Shown: in pieces, positions 36,916 through 38,181 of the stretch | How the letters are laid out: every line of letters starts with the position of its first letter | Position numbering within the stretch: the stretch's first letter is position 1 | Source: an uncultured Rhodopirellula sp. | Lineage (GTDB): Bacteria; Planctomycetota; Planctomycetia; Pirellulales; Pirellulaceae | Assembly (NCBI GenBank): GCA_964007735.1 | Contig: CAXGAI010000042.1 | Location: forward strand, 1 to 38,181 | Length of the DNA: 38,181 nt | Reading direction: 5' to 3' | Notes under the pieces: generated by a model | Seen by the model: only the letters and a program-made list of their open reading frames with translations | Databases searched by the model: none | What the model was told of the DNA's origin: nothing | Position numbers and translations under genes: made by a program

Positions 36916-38181
36916 ATGTATTACCGACTCAGCTTAGCATTGCTTACGACCATCACACTTTCCACCTTATCTTTGGCCCATCAAGGTCCCGACCCTCTTT
37001 CGCACTGGTATCTCCAATCGAAACACATCAAAGATGGTCGCTTAGAGTCACGTCTCGGCCCCAATGGCCAACTCCTTATGAAACCTCGATTTGTAGCCGA
37101 CTCAGGAGGAGACGCATTGATTTTTGAAGGGCGTAACGCGGGTTGCATCCTGGCCAAAGACCTTAAAACAGCCCAGCCCTACCTTCCAAAAAGAGAACTT
37201 ACTATTTCGGCATGGTGCAGTATCGACACACGGCAAAGCTGGGGAGGCATCTTGGGTTTTATTCAGGACAACGCTGAGCATGAAAAGGGGTGGGTTCTGG
37301 GATACGATCAGGAAACGTTTTACTTCGCATTGGCTACGACCGGTGTTGACGACGGTGACGGAAAAATGAACTATTTCAAAGCCACCACAAAGTACGAACT
37401 TGGCAAGTTGTACCACGTTGCGGCAGTTTTTGACGGTAAAACGACTGAACTCTATGTCAATGGAGTAAAGGAACTTAGCAGCGAAGAACAACATGGCGAT
37501 ATTGATTATCCGGAATCCGCGGTATACAGCCTCGGAATTTACCTGGACTCAAATGAACGTTATCCCCACCACGGTCGAATCCGTGAGGTGAAGGTGTATG
37601 ACAATGCAGCTCAACCGGAATGGGTTGCTCAAGAGTTCGCTCACCATCGGATGCTTGCTCAAGAAGGCCCGAATCCTCAGGAACCACACTTTGAATTATT
37701 AGTTGCTCCATACCTGCAATTTGCTACTCAAACATCCATGACGGTGATGTGGCACACAAGTGCCACAGCAACATCCGTTGTTCATTACGGAGAAACAATT
37801 GACTGCAGTAATTCAGTCGAACTAAATCCCAGCCGCATCCATGAGGTCGTACTTAAAGATTTAAACCCTAATACACAATACTTTTACCGAGTGGAATCTA
37901 GCACTCCCGGCGGCAAGCAATATAAAAGTGAGCCGGCAACCTTTCGTACTGCTGTTGATTCTGACACCCCCTATGCATTTGCTGTCATCAGTGACACCCA
38001 GGGCAATCCCACGGTATCTGGCCAGATCGCTCAGCTTGCATGGGAACAACGTCCAAGTTTTGTATTACACTCGGGCGATCTAGTGTCCACTGGCAGTGAC
38101 CATAACCATTGGCTGGAACATTTCTTCCCGGGGATGCGTCCCCTAATCAATCATGTCCCTTTTTACCCTGTTTTAGGTAAT
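36916..38181 (+). CDS. Secreted LamG-like jellyroll + FN3-like + purple acid phosphatase/metallophosphoesterase (partial, runs off the right edge)
   Basis: Missing from the ORF track. Manual translation gives MYYRLSLALL signal; FTISAW, YHVAAVFDG...LYVNG and GRIREVKVYD (LamG); PYLQ...MTVMW...HEVVLKDLNPNTQYFYRV (PAP N-terminal domain); FAVISDTQ, HSGDLV and PVLGN (metallophosphoesterase). 422 codons are open to the edge. Confidence 0.92.
   Translation, partial: MYYRLSLALLTTITLSTLSLAHQGPDPLSHWYLQSKHIKDGRLESRLGPNGQLLMKPRFVADSGGDALIFEGRNAGCILAKDLKTAQPYLPKRELTISAWCSIDTRQSWGGILGFIQDNAEHEKGWVLGYDQETFYFALATTGVDDGDGKMNYFKATTKYELGKLYHVAAVFDGKTTELYVNGVKELSSEEQHGDIDYPESAVYSLGIYLDSNERYPHHGRIREVKVYDNAAQPEWVAQEFAHHRMLAQEGPNPQEPHFELLVAPYLQFATQTSMTVMWHTSATATSVVHYGETIDCSNSVELNPSRIHEVVLKDLNPNTQYFYRVESSTPGGKQYKSEPATFRTAVDSDTPYAFAVISDTQGNPTVSGQIAQLAWEQRPSFVLHSGDLVSTGSDHNHWLEHFFPGMRPLINHVPFYPVLGN

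Noticed and set aside
37102..38049. Short ORF-track calls at the right end
   Set aside because: They are shadows of the plus-strand LamG-phosphatase gene starting at 36916.
1..38181. CRISPR array, tRNA/rRNA (including tRNA-Sec), IS elements, prophage or defence genes
   Set aside because: Intergenic gaps are short, and I saw no regularly spaced repeats, cloverleaf structures or transposase/integrase motifs by eye.

Overview
Gene-dense bacterial DNA, almost certainly from a planctomycete (Pirellulales-like): it carries LESLEDRRLLA-type export signatures, a DUF1552/DUF1592 pair, two sulfatases and five Tat-signal proteins. Both window ends fall inside genes that the ORF track missed: a >1801-aa Calx-beta repeat surface protein on the left and a LamG + purple acid phosphatase on the right. 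In between lie an EEP/M81 peptidase/hydrolase run headed by an unusual GIDE-LemA-TerB fusion, a dockerin/PPC + DUF805-SRPBCC + PqaA run, and a long minus-strand catabolic cluster (sulfatases, Gfo/Idh/MocA oxidoreductases, TauD-like dioxygenase, MFS transporter, BNR/sialidase-like protein, EEP, DHDPS-like lyase). The strongest hidden signal is an AhpD/CMD-like gene that the ORF track splits in two. It reads as one frame through an in-frame TGA in a C-F-Y-U motif and is followed by a SECIS-like hairpin, so it is probably a selenoprotein. No rRNA, tRNA, CRISPR array or mobile element was seen. All domain calls come from reading motifs by eye; no searches were run.
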